NCBI GenBank assembly: GCA_050010655.1
Contig: JBEKKP010000008.1
Span: 2,623 to 66,622, forward strand
DNA: 64,000 nt
Direction of reading: 5' to 3'
From: Candidatus Dormibacteria bacterium
Lineage (GTDB): Bacteria; Chloroflexota; Dormibacteria; Aeolococcales; Aeolococcaceae
The notes under the pieces are model-generated. The model was not told the DNA's origin. It searched no databases and saw only the letters and a program-made list of their open reading frames with translations. The translations under genes and the position numbers were made by a program. Numbering within the stretch: the stretch's first letter is position 1; each line of letters begins with the position of its first letter. Of this stretch, positions 20,380 to 30,939 are shown piece after piece.

Positions 20380-21402
20380 ATGGAAAGGGCGGGTGCGCCT
20401 CCGCCGGCTGAGCGCCCAAGGCGGCGGCTTTCCGCTGCGGCGCTGGGTATCTCCATGCTGGTAGTCGGAGGCGCTGCCGCCGGCTTCATCGTGACCGGCA
20501 TCACCGCCGGCGGGGTCAGCCGGGCCGATGCATGGGTCGTCGGCCTCTGCAGCACGCTGGACAGCGGGGCGACCATCTCTGGCACCGGCATCGTGCTGAC
20601 CGCATCCGGCCAGGTGGTGACCACGTACGGCGTCGTAGATGGAGCCGTGAGCATTGCCGCTCAGGTGAATGGTGGGTCGCGATACGCGGCAAGCACGTTC
20701 GCGCTCGACCCAAGCAGCGATGTCGCCGTCCTGCAACTCCTCAATGCGGCCGATCTTCGCGGCGCCAGCATCGGGAATCCGTCAGCCCTCGGCCTCGGCG
20801 ATGCAGTCACGGCGATCGGTCTCACCTCCGTCAGCGGCGGGACAGCTGTTGACATTCCCGGCGCCGTCGCCGGCCTGGAATCAACGACTGACGCCGCTCT
20901 GTCCGGCACGACCAACGCGCCAACACTCAACGGACTGATCGAATCCGATGCGCTGCTCCCGGCGAACGGCGACGGCGGTCCGCTCGTGGACGAGTCCGGA
21001 AACGTCCTCGGCCTCGATACCGGCAACTCCGGCACGACGCCGACACTCGCCATCCCGATTGACCGTGTGATGTCGATCGTTCGCGACGTCGATGCGAGCA
21101 CTCCGGATCCGGCGATTCTCCAGGGTCATGGGGCATATCTCGGCATCGACGTGCAGGACAGCACTGCCCAGCCGGGAGCGCGCGTCATCGACGTGTCGCC
21201 GGGAACGCCGGCCGCGATCGTCGGCATCGCGCCGATGGACACCATCGTCTCCATAGACGGCGTCCCCGTCGACTCGATTCGCGCACTGCGTCTGATCCTG
21301 GCTCGCTACCGCGGAGGCGATCATGTGGTCGTCGGCTGGGTGGACCCAGAGGGGCACCGCCACTCCGCCACGACGCAATTGGCCGCGGCCACCTTTACGT
21401 AG
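20380..21402 (+). CDS. HtrA/DegP-like trypsin-fold protein with PDZ domain, predicted catalytically inactive
   Basis: N-terminal TM helix. The S1C fold aligns with DegP, but catalytic His is Gly (TTYGVV vs TNNHVV) and Ser is Asp (NGDGGPLV vs GNSGGPLV). Asp is retained (DVAVLQL). C-terminal PDZ domain (YLGIDVQD..GDHVVVGW). Confidence 0.65.
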   Translation: MERAGAPPPAERPRRRLSAAALGISMLVVGGAAAGFIVTGITAGGVSRADAWVVGLCSTLDSGATISGTGIVLTASGQVVTTYGVVDGAVSIAAQVNGGSRYAASTFALDPSSDVAVLQLLNAADLRGASIGNPSALGLGDAVTAIGLTSVSGGTAVDIPGAVAGLESTTDAALSGTTNAPTLNGLIESDALLPANGDGGPLVDESGNVLGLDTGNSGTTPTLAIPIDRVMSIVRDVDASTPDPAILQGHGAYLGIDVQDSTAQPGARVIDVSPGTPAAIVGIAPMDTIVSIDGVPVDSIRALRLILARYRGGDHVVVGWVDPEGHRHSATTQLAAATFT

Positions 21403-21421
21403 GCGGTCGCAGCGCCACGGC

Positions 21422-22297
21422 TTACGCGGCGGCGACTGCGCCTCCGGGGTTCGCGGCGGGCAGCGGCAGGTCATCGAGAAATGCCGCGATCAGCTCGCGC
21501 TGGCGGCGCGAGAGCTCGGGGCTCCATGCGTGTCCTGCCTGCCGGATCACGTCCATGGAGACGTCGGGCACACCTGCCATCGCGGTCTCGAGGCGCGGCA
21601 CGTTGACGATGCGATCGTGCTCGGCGACAAGGATCAACGTCGCGTGACCGGATCCTCGAACCTGGGCGAGGTCGTCTCGACGCAGCGCGTCGTGCAGCCA
21701 TTCGCGTGCGGCACGCGGATCGGAGAGCAGCTGGTTCTCGAAGTTCACCTGCGCCGCGACGGGGTCGACATCCTTGCCCTCGACCATGAAGCGCTTGTAC
21801 AGATCGCTCGTGGTGCGCTGGTGGGCAAGCCAGACGATCCCGGGATAGACGCCCGGCGCGAGCATGAATCCGACCTGAATGTGGAATCTGCGCCGCACCA
21901 GTGCGGGTGAAACGAGCGGCGTGTGCAGGATCAGGCGGCCGGTTGCCTTTGGACGCGCGCGCTCGATCGCGAGCGCTATCGGAGAACCGAGGCAGAGGCC
22001 TCCAACGTCGAAGTGGTCCGCGCCGGCGTCGGCCGCAGCGGTGAGCGCGGCGCGGGCAAGTGCAGGGACAGTGTGTCCACCCGCGAGTGGCGCCGATCGG
22101 CCGAACCCAGGGAGGTCCGGCGCGATCACGGTCCGCCTCGTGAGCAGGACGTCGAACCAGTCTTCGAAGTTCTCAGCTGCGCCGATGAATCCGTGGCAGA
22201 GCAGGAGCGGCGGGCCGGAGCCTCCCGTCAGATAACGCAGACGCCTGCCCTCGTGCTTCGTGAACCGCTCCTCGAGTCCGTTCACGGCAGAGGTCAC
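21422..22297 (-). CDS. alpha/beta hydrolase fold protein
   Basis: HGF oxyanion motif; nucleophile-elbow region VGGLCLGSP; GTG start overlaps the aldH stop (GTGA). Confidence 0.6.
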   Translation of the reverse strand: MTSAVNGLEERFTKHEGRRLRYLTGGSGPPLLLCHGFIGAAENFEDWFDVLLTRRTVIAPDLPGFGRSAPLAGGHTVPALARAALTAAADAGADHFDVGGLCLGSPIALAIERARPKATGRLILHTPLVSPALVRRRFHIQVGFMLAPGVYPGIVWLAHQRTTSDLYKRFMVEGKDVDPVAAQVNFENQLLSDPRAAREWLHDALRRDDLAQVRGSGHATLILVAEHDRIVNVPRLETAMAGVPDVSMDVIRQAGHAWSPELSRRQRELIAAFLDDLPLPAANPGGAVAAA

Positions 22298-23796
22298 TCT
22301 GTGTCGATCTGAGCGCGCTGGAGGCGTCCGCTGTAATCGATGTAGATGGACTTCCACTCGGTGAATTCGTCGAGCACATGGCCGCCGGCTTCGCGGTGCC
22401 CATTGCCGGTGTTGCGCGTGCCGCCGAATGGAAGCTGGATCTCGGCGCCGATCGTCGGCGCGTTGATGTACACGATCCCGGAGTGGAGATCGTTGATCGC
22501 GTGGAATGCCGTGCGCAGGTCGTTGGTGTAGAGGCTCAGGCTGAGACCGTACGACGTTGAGTTGGCTGCCGTGATGGCCTCTTCAACGGAGCCGACCGGA
22601 ATGATCACCACAGTCGGTCCGAAGATCTCCTCCTGGGCGATGCGCATCGAGGTATCGACGCCGGCGAAGACGGTCGGGCGGTAGAACCAGCCGTTGGCAA
22701 GATCCCCGTCACTCGCGATCTCACCGCCGAGCAGCAGGGACGCGCCCTCGCCGCGGCCGATGTCGGTGTACGAGTGGATCCGGGTGAGCTGGGTCTCGTT
22801 GATGACCGGGCCCACGTCCACCTTGGGATCGAGCCCGTCGCCGAGGCGCAGCGCCGAGGCGCGCTCGACAAGGCGCGACGTGAACGTCTCGAGTGCGCCG
22901 CGCTCGACGATGAGACGCGATGAGGCGGTGCAGCGCTGGCCGGAGGTGCCGAACGCTCCCCAGAGCGCGCCGTCGACAGCCAGCTCAACGTCGGCGTCGT
23001 CGAGGACGACGATCGCGTTCTTGCCGCCGAGCTCGAGGGAGCACTTCTTGAGCATCCGCCCGCAGGTCTCCGACACGATCCGGCCGGTGTCGACGCTGCC
23101 GGTGAAATAGATCGCCGCGACGTCGGGGTGCGCGACGAGCGCGGCGCCGGCCTCTTCACCGTAGCCGAACACCACGTTGACCACTCCGGGCGGGAGCCCG
23201 GCATCCTCGAGCGCCTCGACGAAACGGAGTGCGCAGAGTGGCGTGTCCTCGGCCGGCTTGATCACGACGGTGTTGCCCGCCATGACCGCGGGGAAGATCT
23301 TCCAGGACGGGATCGCGATCGGGAAGTTCCACGGCGTGATGCAGCCGACGACACCGAAGGGCTGGCGCATGGTCATCGCCCACTTGTCGCGCAACTCGCT
23401 CGGCACCGTCTCGCCGAACGCTCGGCGGCCGGCTCCCGCGATGAACTTGCCCATGTCGATCGCTTCCTGGACGTCGCCGCGAGCCTCGGTGAGCACCTTG
23501 CCCATCTCCCGCGTCATGAGGCGTGCGAGCTCTTCCTTGCGTTCCTCCAGCAATTCGGACGCGCGCAGGATGATCGCGGCGCGTCCCGGCCACGGCGTCC
23601 GCCGCCAGCCGTCAAACGCTGCTTTCGCGACTGCCACCGCAGCATCGACGTCGGCGGCGGTGCTGCGCGGAAAGACGCCGACCACATCGCCCTTGTGCGC
23701 TGGGCTGCGCGATTCGAAGGTGCGCCCGCCCTCTGATGGACGGAACGCCCCGCCGATCAGGTTGCCGAAATCGACTGCTTCGCCGACAGCGGTCAT
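22294..23796 (-). CDS. NAD(P)-dependent aldehyde dehydrogenase
   Basis: ELGGKNA, catalytic Cys in [14 protein letters not shown]; ATG overlaps the upstream stop (ATGA). The long Arg-rich N-terminal part of the ORF is rejected. Confidence 0.85.
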   Translation of the reverse strand: MTAVGEAVDFGNLIGGAFRPSEGGRTFESRSPAHKGDVVGVFPRSTAADVDAAVAVAKAAFDGWRRTPWPGRAAIILRASELLEERKEELARLMTREMGKVLTEARGDVQEAIDMGKFIAGAGRRAFGETVPSELRDKWAMTMRQPFGVVGCITPWNFPIAIPSWKIFPAVMAGNTVVIKPAEDTPLCALRFVEALEDAGLPPGVVNVVFGYGEEAGAALVAHPDVAAIYFTGSVDTGRIVSETCGRMLKKCSLELGGKNAIVVLDDADVELAVDGALWGAFGTSGQRCTASSRLIVERGALETFTSRLVERASALRLGDGLDPKVDVGPVINETQLTRIHSYTDIGRGEGASLLLGGEIASDGDLANGWFYRPTVFAGVDTSMRIAQEEIFGPTVVIIPVGSVEEAITAANSTSYGLSLSLYTNDLRTAFHAINDLHSGIVYINAPTIGAEIQLPFGGTRNTGNGHREAGGHVLDEFTEWKSIYIDYSGRLQRAQIDTE

Positions 23797-25085
23797 CGAG
23801 CCGCCTCTTCGCGAACGGCGGCCTCGAAGATGTCGAGACCAGCGTCGAGCTCGGCTTCGGGAATCGTGAGCGGGGGAATCAACCGGACCACGTTGCCGTC
23901 GATGCCGCAGGAAAGGACGAGGAGGTTCCGCGCCAGCGCGTTGGTGGCGATGCGATCGACGAGACCACGTGCGGGCTTGCCGCCCTGCATGAACTCGAGG
24001 CCGATCATCAGCCCGAGTCCGCGCACGTCGGCGAGGGCCGGAATCTCTGCCTGCCACCCGCGAGCGCGTTCCATGACGTGGCGACCAAGCTTGGCGGCCC
24101 GCTCGGGGATGTGATCGCGGACCAGTGTCTCGATGACGGCGATCGCCGCGGCGCACGCGACCGCGTTGCCGCCGTATGTCGTCCCGTGCTCGCCCTCGTG
24201 CCAGGCACGCATCACGTTGTGGCGCGCGATGATGGCCGCGATCGGCATGCCGTTGCCGAGTGCTTTGGCGGTGCACATGATGTCCGGCTCGACGCCCCAG
24301 TGGTCGACGGCAAACATCCGGCCCGTACGGCCGAACCCGCTCTGCACCTCGTCAGCCACGAGCATGATCCCGTGCTCGTCGCACACACGCCGCAGCATCG
24401 GCATGAACGATGCCGGCGGCACCACGTAACCGCCTTCGCCCTGCACCGGCTCGACGATGATCGCGGCAACCGTGTCGGGAGCCGTCGTGGTGGCGAAGAG
24501 CAGTTCCAGTTCACGCTCGACGAGATCACACGGACCGCTTGCGGGATGCGTGCAATACCGGAAGCAGTACGGATAGCGGATGTGGTGGATCCCGGGGAGC
24601 AGCGGACCCATCCCACGCCGGTATGTCGCCTTGCTCGCGGTGAGCGAAAGCGCGCCGTACGTGCGTCCGTGGAACCCGCCGACGAAGGCGATGATGTCGC
24701 TCCGCCCGGTTGCGCGACGCGCCAGCTTCATCGCGCCCTCGACGGCCTCGGCGCCGCTGTTGGTCAGGAACACCTGGTCGAGCGACGGTGGCGTGATGGA
24801 AACCAGTGCTCCGGCGGCATCGATCATCGCCGGATGCATGGCCGTGACAGAGGTATGCCAGAGGCGATCGACCTGCGCGTGCACCGCCGCGACCACTGCC
24901 GGATGGCGATGGCCGAGGCTCGTCACCCCGATCCCGCATCCGAAATCGAGGACGTCACGGCCGTCGACGGTATGCAGATGGGCACCCTCGGCGGTCTCGA
25001 CCACCAGGTCGGAGTAGCGGTGATACGCAGGAGAGACAAGCTCGGAGTCGCGCTCACGCCAGGTAGCCGCATCGGCGGCGAGCAT
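23793..25085 (-). CDS. class III aminotransferase (4-aminobutyrate / omega-aminotransferase-like)
   Basis: [12 protein letters not shown] and [10 protein letters not shown] lysine motif; start at the internal ATG (MLAADAATW). Confidence 0.8.
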   Translation of the reverse strand: MLAADAATWRERDSELVSPAYHRYSDLVVETAEGAHLHTVDGRDVLDFGCGIGVTSLGHRHPAVVAAVHAQVDRLWHTSVTAMHPAMIDAAGALVSITPPSLDQVFLTNSGAEAVEGAMKLARRATGRSDIIAFVGGFHGRTYGALSLTASKATYRRGMGPLLPGIHHIRYPYCFRYCTHPASGPCDLVERELELLFATTTAPDTVAAIIVEPVQGEGGYVVPPASFMPMLRRVCDEHGIMLVADEVQSGFGRTGRMFAVDHWGVEPDIMCTAKALGNGMPIAAIIARHNVMRAWHEGEHGTTYGGNAVACAAAIAVIETLVRDHIPERAAKLGRHVMERARGWQAEIPALADVRGLGLMIGLEFMQGGKPARGLVDRIATNALARNLLVLSCGIDGNVVRLIPPLTIPEAELDAGLDIFEAAVREEAAR

Positions 25086-25090
25086 TCCGG

Positions 25091-25810
25091 TCACGAGCCG
25101 GACGCGGCTGCCGCGGGCCCTGTGGACGCCTTCTGGCGCACTCCAACCCGGCCAAGCGCGAGGAATCCGGCGAACATGATCGCGATGCCCGCCGCCTCGT
25201 AGGCGCCGAGGACATCGAGGTTGCCGATCCCGAGCGTCTTGGCAGCCGAGAAACCCACCGCGATGACCAGCGCGCCGATGGTGAGCAGCACATTGCAGAT
25301 CACGCGATCGATCCCGGCGCGGTCGCGGATGAAGCGGTATGCGGACCACGCAGATCCGCCGACCAGGATCAGCGTGCCGAGGATGTTGAGGAAGACCACT
25401 CCGATAAAGAGGAGTGAGCCCTGCTGGATCGCGCCGCCAAGAACACCCTTGGCCGTGTCGAGCTTGGCCGTGTCGACGGGGATCACCGCCGCATCGATGG
25501 CAAGGACGATCGTGATGGCCGCAAGCACGATGACGCACGCCCACGCCACCCGGCGAGGCGCCATCAGGAAGATCGTGCCCAGGGCGAGGTAGATGACTCC
25601 GAGCACGCCGCCGAGGAGGTAGAAGCCACGGAAGTTGAACGCCGTCCAGCCGCCCGTCTCGCCCGCAGCCTGGAAGGCCGCGGCGCCGGCGAAGATCAGC
25701 AGACCGAGGGTCCACGCAGCGAATGCGGGGCGCCGGCTGCGCCGGAATCTGAGGAATACGACCACCGCAAACGCTGCACTCAGCACACTCGCAAGGGCGG
25801 CAAAGACCAT
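25091..25810 (-). CDS. integral membrane protein, first gene of the aminotransferase/aldehyde dehydrogenase operon
   Basis: 239 aa with ~7 hydrophobic helices; ends 6 nt before the aminotransferase start. Confidence 0.55.
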   Translation of the reverse strand: MVFAALASVLSAAFAVVVFLRFRRSRRPAFAAWTLGLLIFAGAAAFQAAGETGGWTAFNFRGFYLLGGVLGVIYLALGTIFLMAPRRVAWACVIVLAAITIVLAIDAAVIPVDTAKLDTAKGVLGGAIQQGSLLFIGVVFLNILGTLILVGGSAWSAYRFIRDRAGIDRVICNVLLTIGALVIAVGFSAAKTLGIGNLDVLGAYEAAGIAIMFAGFLALGRVGVRQKASTGPAAAASGS

Positions 25811-25996
25811 AACGAGGATCCTAGCGAGGTTGAGAGACTCCTTGGATTCGGCCTCGCTGGAACGGGCAATGGATCGCCGAACCGGCCCTCCTCAGGATCA
25901 AGGTCGTACCAATGGGCGATTGACAAGTCCATATGCTCGCGTGTACACAAGTCCCTTCATCAGCACTGCCTCGTGTGAGAGAGGAGAAGCCAACAT

Positions 25997-27358
25997 ATGG
26001 TCAAGCCCACCAAGGGGTTTTTGTCGATTGCGACGGTTGCGGCGTTAGGCGCACTTGCTGCCTGCGGCACAGCGTCGACCGGCACGTCGTCGGGAAGCAC
26101 TTCAACTGGCATCGCGGGATGCAAAGGCACGATCACCGTGGCGACGGATCTGCCCCTGACCGGCGGCGATGCGACTGACGGACCGTACGTCCAGATGGCA
26201 GCCGAGCTTGCCGTCACACAAGCCAATGCCCAGCACCTGATGGGCGGCTGCACCCTGAAGTACGAGAGCAAGGACGACTCGACTGTCCTCAAGGACGGCC
26301 ACGACCCGGCACAGGGCGAGGCCAACATCACCGCGCTGGCAGCGGACGCCACCGTTGTGGGCGTCGTCGGACCGTTCAACTCGTCGGTCGCGCTGGCCGA
26401 GATCCCGGTCGCATCGCAGAACGACCTGGCGCTCATCAGCCCGTCGAACACCAACCCATGTCTGACCGTCGTCGTTGCGGTTTGCAGCGACCCCACGATC
26501 AACATCAACACCGCCGCCCTGTATCCAGCAGCGCACAGCTACTTCCGGGTCATCGCGAGCGATGTCCAGCAGGGTGAGATCGACGCGTACGTCGCGGCCA
26601 AGGTGCTCAACGCCACCAAGGCATACGTCATCGACGACCAGGAGGCATACGGCCGCGGCCTCGCGCTCCTCTTCACGAAGGCGTACACGACAACCGAAGG
26701 CGGGACCATCGTCGGCTCCGCGAGCCTGCCGGGTACGACCACGTCGTTCGCGACGCAGGTCAGCCTCGCGCAGAGCGAGGGTGCGCAGGTCATCTTCTTC
26801 GGCGGCACCTCGGGCAACGGCTGCGGACTGGTCCGTCGCGACATGATCTCCGGCGGGCTGAACATCCCGCTTCTCGGTGGAGACGGTTGCCAGGACACCA
26901 AGTCCATCAGCGACGCTGACTCGGGCTCCAACAAGACCGCGTCGGTCGGCATGTACGCCACCAGCGCGCCGGACGTCACCAAGCTCTCGAGCGCGGCAAC
27001 GTTCTACTCGGCTTACGCAAGCACTTACGCGAGCGTTGCGGCCCCGTACAACAACGCGATGAACGAGCCCTACACCCCGTACGGTTACGACGCGATGAAC
27101 ATCCTGCTCCAGGCCATTCACTCCGTGATCGTGGCGAACGGCGGTCAGCTTCCCGCCTCCTCGCAGACGTTCCGCGGTGACGTGGTCGCCCAGTTGCGCC
27201 TGACGTCGTACGACGGTGCACTCGGCCACACGAGCTTCGATGCCAACGGCGACACGACCAACACCGGCTTCACCCTCTACAAGGTGGCTGCTGGTGCGTG
27301 GACCGGCGATGGCACTTACGCGGTGGACACCAGCGGCAACGTTTCGCTGAGCAGCTAG
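25997..27358 (+). CDS. livJ: branched-chain amino acid ABC transporter substrate-binding lipoprotein
   Basis: Signal peptide with lipobox LAAC; type-I periplasmic binding fold typical of Leu/Ile/Val-binding proteins; GAGGAG RBS. Confidence 0.75.
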   Translation: MVKPTKGFLSIATVAALGALAACGTASTGTSSGSTSTGIAGCKGTITVATDLPLTGGDATDGPYVQMAAELAVTQANAQHLMGGCTLKYESKDDSTVLKDGHDPAQGEANITALAADATVVGVVGPFNSSVALAEIPVASQNDLALISPSNTNPCLTVVVAVCSDPTININTAALYPAAHSYFRVIASDVQQGEIDAYVAAKVLNATKAYVIDDQEAYGRGLALLFTKAYTTTEGGTIVGSASLPGTTTSFATQVSLAQSEGAQVIFFGGTSGNGCGLVRRDMISGGLNIPLLGGDGCQDTKSISDADSGSNKTASVGMYATSAPDVTKLSSAATFYSAYASTYASVAAPYNNAMNEPYTPYGYDAMNILLQAIHSVIVANGGQLPASSQTFRGDVVAQLRLTSYDGALGHTSFDANGDTTNTGFTLYKVAAGAWTGDGTYAVDTSGNVSLSS

Positions 27359-27427
27359 TCGACTGATAACGACAAGGGGAGAGCGCCGAGCGCTCTCCCC
27401 TTTTTCGTACTAGGGGAAACGACGCAG

Positions 27428-28594
27428 ATGAGCATTCAGAGTGGGACTCCGGAAGCGCCGCTAGCTCAGCCGGGCGTCGCCGGTCAACACGCATCCCCCT
27501 CTCTCGTCGAGCAGTCCGGTCTGGCACCGCGGCCTCGCCAGACGAGCGGGCCGCTCCACGCACTCGGACCCATTATCCGGCTGGGCCACGACGTCATCTC
27601 GAAGTACTTCACTGCGGTCATCGTGGGCGCGATCGTGGCGGCAATACTCGCCACGTACAAGCAGGGTGGCTTCACCCTCGCGGGCCAGCAGCTCAAGAAT
27701 GCGCTCGTCCTGGGCGCGATCTACGCGCTCGTGGCCATCGGATACACGATGGTGTACGGGATCATCGAGTTGATCAACTTCGCGCACGGCGACGTCTTCA
27801 CTGCCGCCGGATTTTTCGCGGTGTTCATCTCGGGATTGCTCCATCTTGATTCACTTGCGGCGAGCAGCTTCGGCGGCCTGCTGCTCGCACTGGCGATCGT
27901 CTTTCCGCTCTCGATGATCGGCGCCGGCATCGTCGGTGTGGTCATCGAATTAGTCGCATATCGCAGGCTGCGCGACTCCCCCCGTCTCGCACCGCTGATC
28001 ACCGCGATCGGCGTCTCGTTCCTCATCGAGGGCATCCTGCTCCTGCTCGAAGGGCCGGATAACGTCCCAACCGATCAGGCGTCGTGGATCAACGGCACGG
28101 CCTTCACCATCGGCCGGGTCAACGTCCTGTGGACCGACCTCTTTGTTGTCGGCATGGCACTGATCCTGATGTTCGCGCTCGGCGAGTTCGTGCGCAGAAC
28201 GCGGCTCGGTAAGGCAATGCGCTCGACGGCTCAGGACCGCACGGCAGCGCTCCTCTGCGGCATCAATATCAACCGCACCATCTCCGCGACGTTCTTCATC
28301 GGTTCGGCGCTGGCCGCCGCGGGTGCGGTGATCTACAGCATCAACTACGGCGATCTCAAGTGGAACATCGGGTTCCACCTCGGCATCATCGCGTTCACAG
28401 CGGCAGTGCTCGGTGGGATCGGCAACATCGTCGGCGCCGGCATCGGTGGTTTCATCATCGGCCTGATCTACGTGTTCGGCGGATCGATCTTCGGTGGCGA
28501 GTGGAGCGAAGCGCTGATCTTTGCTGTCCTCGTGCTGATCCTGACGTTCCGGCCGGTTGGTCTCTTCGGTGTTGAGGTGACCACTCGTGCTTGA
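27428..28594 (+). CDS. livH: branched-chain amino acid ABC transporter permease (with ~90 aa N-terminal extension)
   Basis: IYALVAIGYTMVYGIIELINFAHGD signature; start uncertain. Confidence 0.75.
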   Translation: MSIQSGTPEAPLAQPGVAGQHASPSLVEQSGLAPRPRQTSGPLHALGPIIRLGHDVISKYFTAVIVGAIVAAILATYKQGGFTLAGQQLKNALVLGAIYALVAIGYTMVYGIIELINFAHGDVFTAAGFFAVFISGLLHLDSLAASSFGGLLLALAIVFPLSMIGAGIVGVVIELVAYRRLRDSPRLAPLITAIGVSFLIEGILLLLEGPDNVPTDQASWINGTAFTIGRVNVLWTDLFVVGMALILMFALGEFVRRTRLGKAMRSTAQDRTAALLCGININRTISATFFIGSALAAAGAVIYSINYGDLKWNIGFHLGIIAFTAAVLGGIGNIVGAGIGGFIIGLIYVFGGSIFGGEWSEALIFAVLVLILTFRPVGLFGVEVTTRA

Positions 28595-30155
28595 GCGATT
28601 CATCTCGCTGTTCCGCGCCGATTTCGGCAAGGGAGATCGGTCTCAAGGACCCACCATCTTCCGGATCCTTTCGCTGGGAGCGTCCAGCCTCTTGCTCATG
28701 GGCTGGTTCCTGCCGTGGTTCGTGAACGACTACTCGGCCGGCGCGGGTTTCAGCCCGCAGGACGCGGTGATCTCACCGCCCACGGGCATTGGAACGTTCT
28801 GCGTCTACATCATGGCGGTGACGATGTTGATCGTCGTGCTGTCGCCACTCGCCGAAGCCATCGGCGGCAAGCGCAGCACGTTGTTCGGCGTTCGAGCTGA
28901 CCGAGTCCGCTTCATAGCGGCGCTCGTCGGTTTCGCACTCACCGTGATCATCTGGTTTCTCGTTTCGATCATCCAGGAAGAGCCGCTCTTCGGACCGTTT
29001 CTCCCTGGGACGTATACCGACTCCGCCGTCTGGCTGACGATGTACGGGTACGCGCTCGCGGCGATGATCTACGGAGCTCGGCCATGGATTCTCGGCCGGC
29101 CTTCGATCGCCTTCACGATCGCCGGGGCGCCATTCGGGATCTTCCTGCCGCTGATGTTCCATCAGGCGCCAGATTTCCTGCTGTGGGCTGCGGGATCGCT
29201 GGCGATCTACATGTTGCTGGCTCTTGGACTCAACGTCGTCGTCGGGTTTGCGGGGCTCCTCGACCTCGGCTACGCCGCGTTCTTCGCGATCGGCGCTTAC
29301 GCGTGCGCGTCGTTCGCATCTCCGATCCACAACCTCCATTTTCCGTTGTGGATACTCATCTTTCTCGGGGCCGGGATCGCGTCGCTCTTCGGCGCAATCC
29401 TCGGAGCACCGACACTTCGACTCCGCGGTGACTACCTCGCGATTGTCACGCTTGGTTTCGGTGAGATCATCCCGGACCTCGCAACCAACAACGTCTTCAA
29501 CCTGACTGCCGGCGCCAACGGGATCTCGGGAATCGATCAGCCGAAGTACGGACCGATTGACTTCAGCGCGAGTCCCCGCTGGTACTACTGGGCCATCCTC
29601 ATCGTCGTCGTTGCGGTTGTCCTGTTGCTGCGAAACATCGAGCGTTCGCGAGTCGGCCGAGCATGGGTCGCGCTCCGCGAAGATGAGGTCGCTGCTGCCG
29701 CAACCGGCATCAACACGACGACCACCAAGTTGCTCGCGTTCGCGATCGGCGCGTCCGTCAGCGGCCTCGCCGGTGCGTTTTACGGGTCGATCGTCCGCAT
29801 CGTCTCCGCGGATGACTTCAGCTTCTCCGTGTCGATTGCGGTGCTCAGCATCATCGTGCTGGGTGGGATCGGGAACATCGCCGGCGTCATGCTCGGGAGC
29901 GTGATCCTCACGTTCGTCATCTTCTGGGTCCTCCCGAACATGAGCGGATGGTCGGCGACCCTGAGCACAACTGTGCACGTGCCTGCCATCGCCAACTTCA
30001 ACCTGAGCTCGTACACGTTCCTCATCTACGGCGGGGCACTCATCCTGATGATGCTGTTGCGCCCGGGCGGATTGCTCCCGAGCCGTGCGCGTCGTATCGA
30101 ACTCGAGAGCACCGGCGAGAGCGAATCACTCGCAGCTGTACAGGGGGTGGCCTGA
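28587..30155 (+). CDS. livM: branched-chain amino acid ABC transporter permease
   Basis: LGYAAFFAIGAYA signature; GTG start overlaps the livH stop. Confidence 0.75.
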   Translation: MLERFISLFRADFGKGDRSQGPTIFRILSLGASSLLLMGWFLPWFVNDYSAGAGFSPQDAVISPPTGIGTFCVYIMAVTMLIVVLSPLAEAIGGKRSTLFGVRADRVRFIAALVGFALTVIIWFLVSIIQEEPLFGPFLPGTYTDSAVWLTMYGYALAAMIYGARPWILGRPSIAFTIAGAPFGIFLPLMFHQAPDFLLWAAGSLAIYMLLALGLNVVVGFAGLLDLGYAAFFAIGAYACASFASPIHNLHFPLWILIFLGAGIASLFGAILGAPTLRLRGDYLAIVTLGFGEIIPDLATNNVFNLTAGANGISGIDQPKYGPIDFSASPRWYYWAILIVVVAVVLLLRNIERSRVGRAWVALREDEVAAAATGINTTTTKLLAFAIGASVSGLAGAFYGSIVRIVSADDFSFSVSIAVLSIIVLGGIGNIAGVMLGSVILTFVIFWVLPNMSGWSATLSTTVHVPAIANFNLSSYTFLIYGGALILMMLLRPGGLLPSRARRIELESTGESESLAAVQGVA

Positions 30156-30156
30156 G

Positions 30157-30939
30157 TTGGCGCTCCTCGAGCTCGACAGCGTCACCAAGCGTTTCGGCGG
30201 GCTGCTCGCCGTGTCGAACGTGAGCTTCAGCCTGGACAAGGGCGAAATTCTTTCGATGATCGGTCCGAACGGCGCAGGCAAGACCACGGCGTTCAACTGC
30301 GTGACCGGTCTCTTTCCGATCACCTCGGGATCGATCAAGCTCGACGGTGACTCGATCGCCGGTCTGCCGCCACACCGCATCACGAAGCTCGGTGTGGCAC
30401 GCACATTCCAGAACATCCGGCTGTTCGCTTTCATGACCGCGGTGGACAACGTGATGGTGGGCGCGCACTGGTGGATGAAAGAACGTGTGTGGGAGGGCGC
30501 ATTGCGCACCGGACGCGCGCGCCGCGAAGAACGTTCCGTCGAGCAACGAGCGCTCGAACTTCTCGATCTCCTGGGACTGTCACGATACGCCGGGTCATAT
30601 GCCCGTGAGATGCCGTACGGCTTGCAGCGCCGCCTGGAGATCGCGCGTGCGCTCGCCACGAGGCCACGACTCCTCCTCCTCGACGAGCCCGCCGCGGGCC
30701 TGAACACGCAGGAGAAGAAGGAGCTCATGCAACTGATCTCGCAACTCCGAGACGAGGGGTTGACGATTCTCCTCATCGAGCACGACATGCGCCTCGTCAT
30801 GGAGGTGAGCCACCGGATCGTCGTGCTGGATCACGGCGAGCTGATCGCCGAGGGCAGCCCCGCCGAGGTTCGCCAGAACCCGCGAGTCATCGAGGCGTAT
30901 CTCGGGACGGGCGCGAGCGAAGAGACGAAAACAGCATGA
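30157..30939 (+). CDS. livG: branched-chain amino acid ABC transporter ATP-binding protein
   Basis: Walker A GPNGAGKTT and LSYGLQRRLEIARAL; TTG start 2 nt after the livM stop (the longer ORF overlaps livM). Confidence 0.75.
   Translation: MALLELDSVTKRFGGLLAVSNVSFSLDKGEILSMIGPNGAGKTTAFNCVTGLFPITSGSIKLDGDSIAGLPPHRITKLGVARTFQNIRLFAFMTAVDNVMVGAHWWMKERVWEGALRTGRARREERSVEQRALELLDLLGLSRYAGSYAREMPYGLQRRLEIARALATRPRLLLLDEPAAGLNTQEKKELMQLISQLRDEGLTILLIEHDMRLVMEVSHRIVVLDHGELIAEGSPAEVRQNPRVIEAYLGTGASEETKTA

Noticed and set aside
22294-25715. Long Arg-rich N-terminal extensions of the ORFs containing aldH and the aminotransferase
   Set aside because: The real proteins start at internal ATGs that overlap the upstream stop codons (ATGA). 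The extensions overlap the preceding genes.
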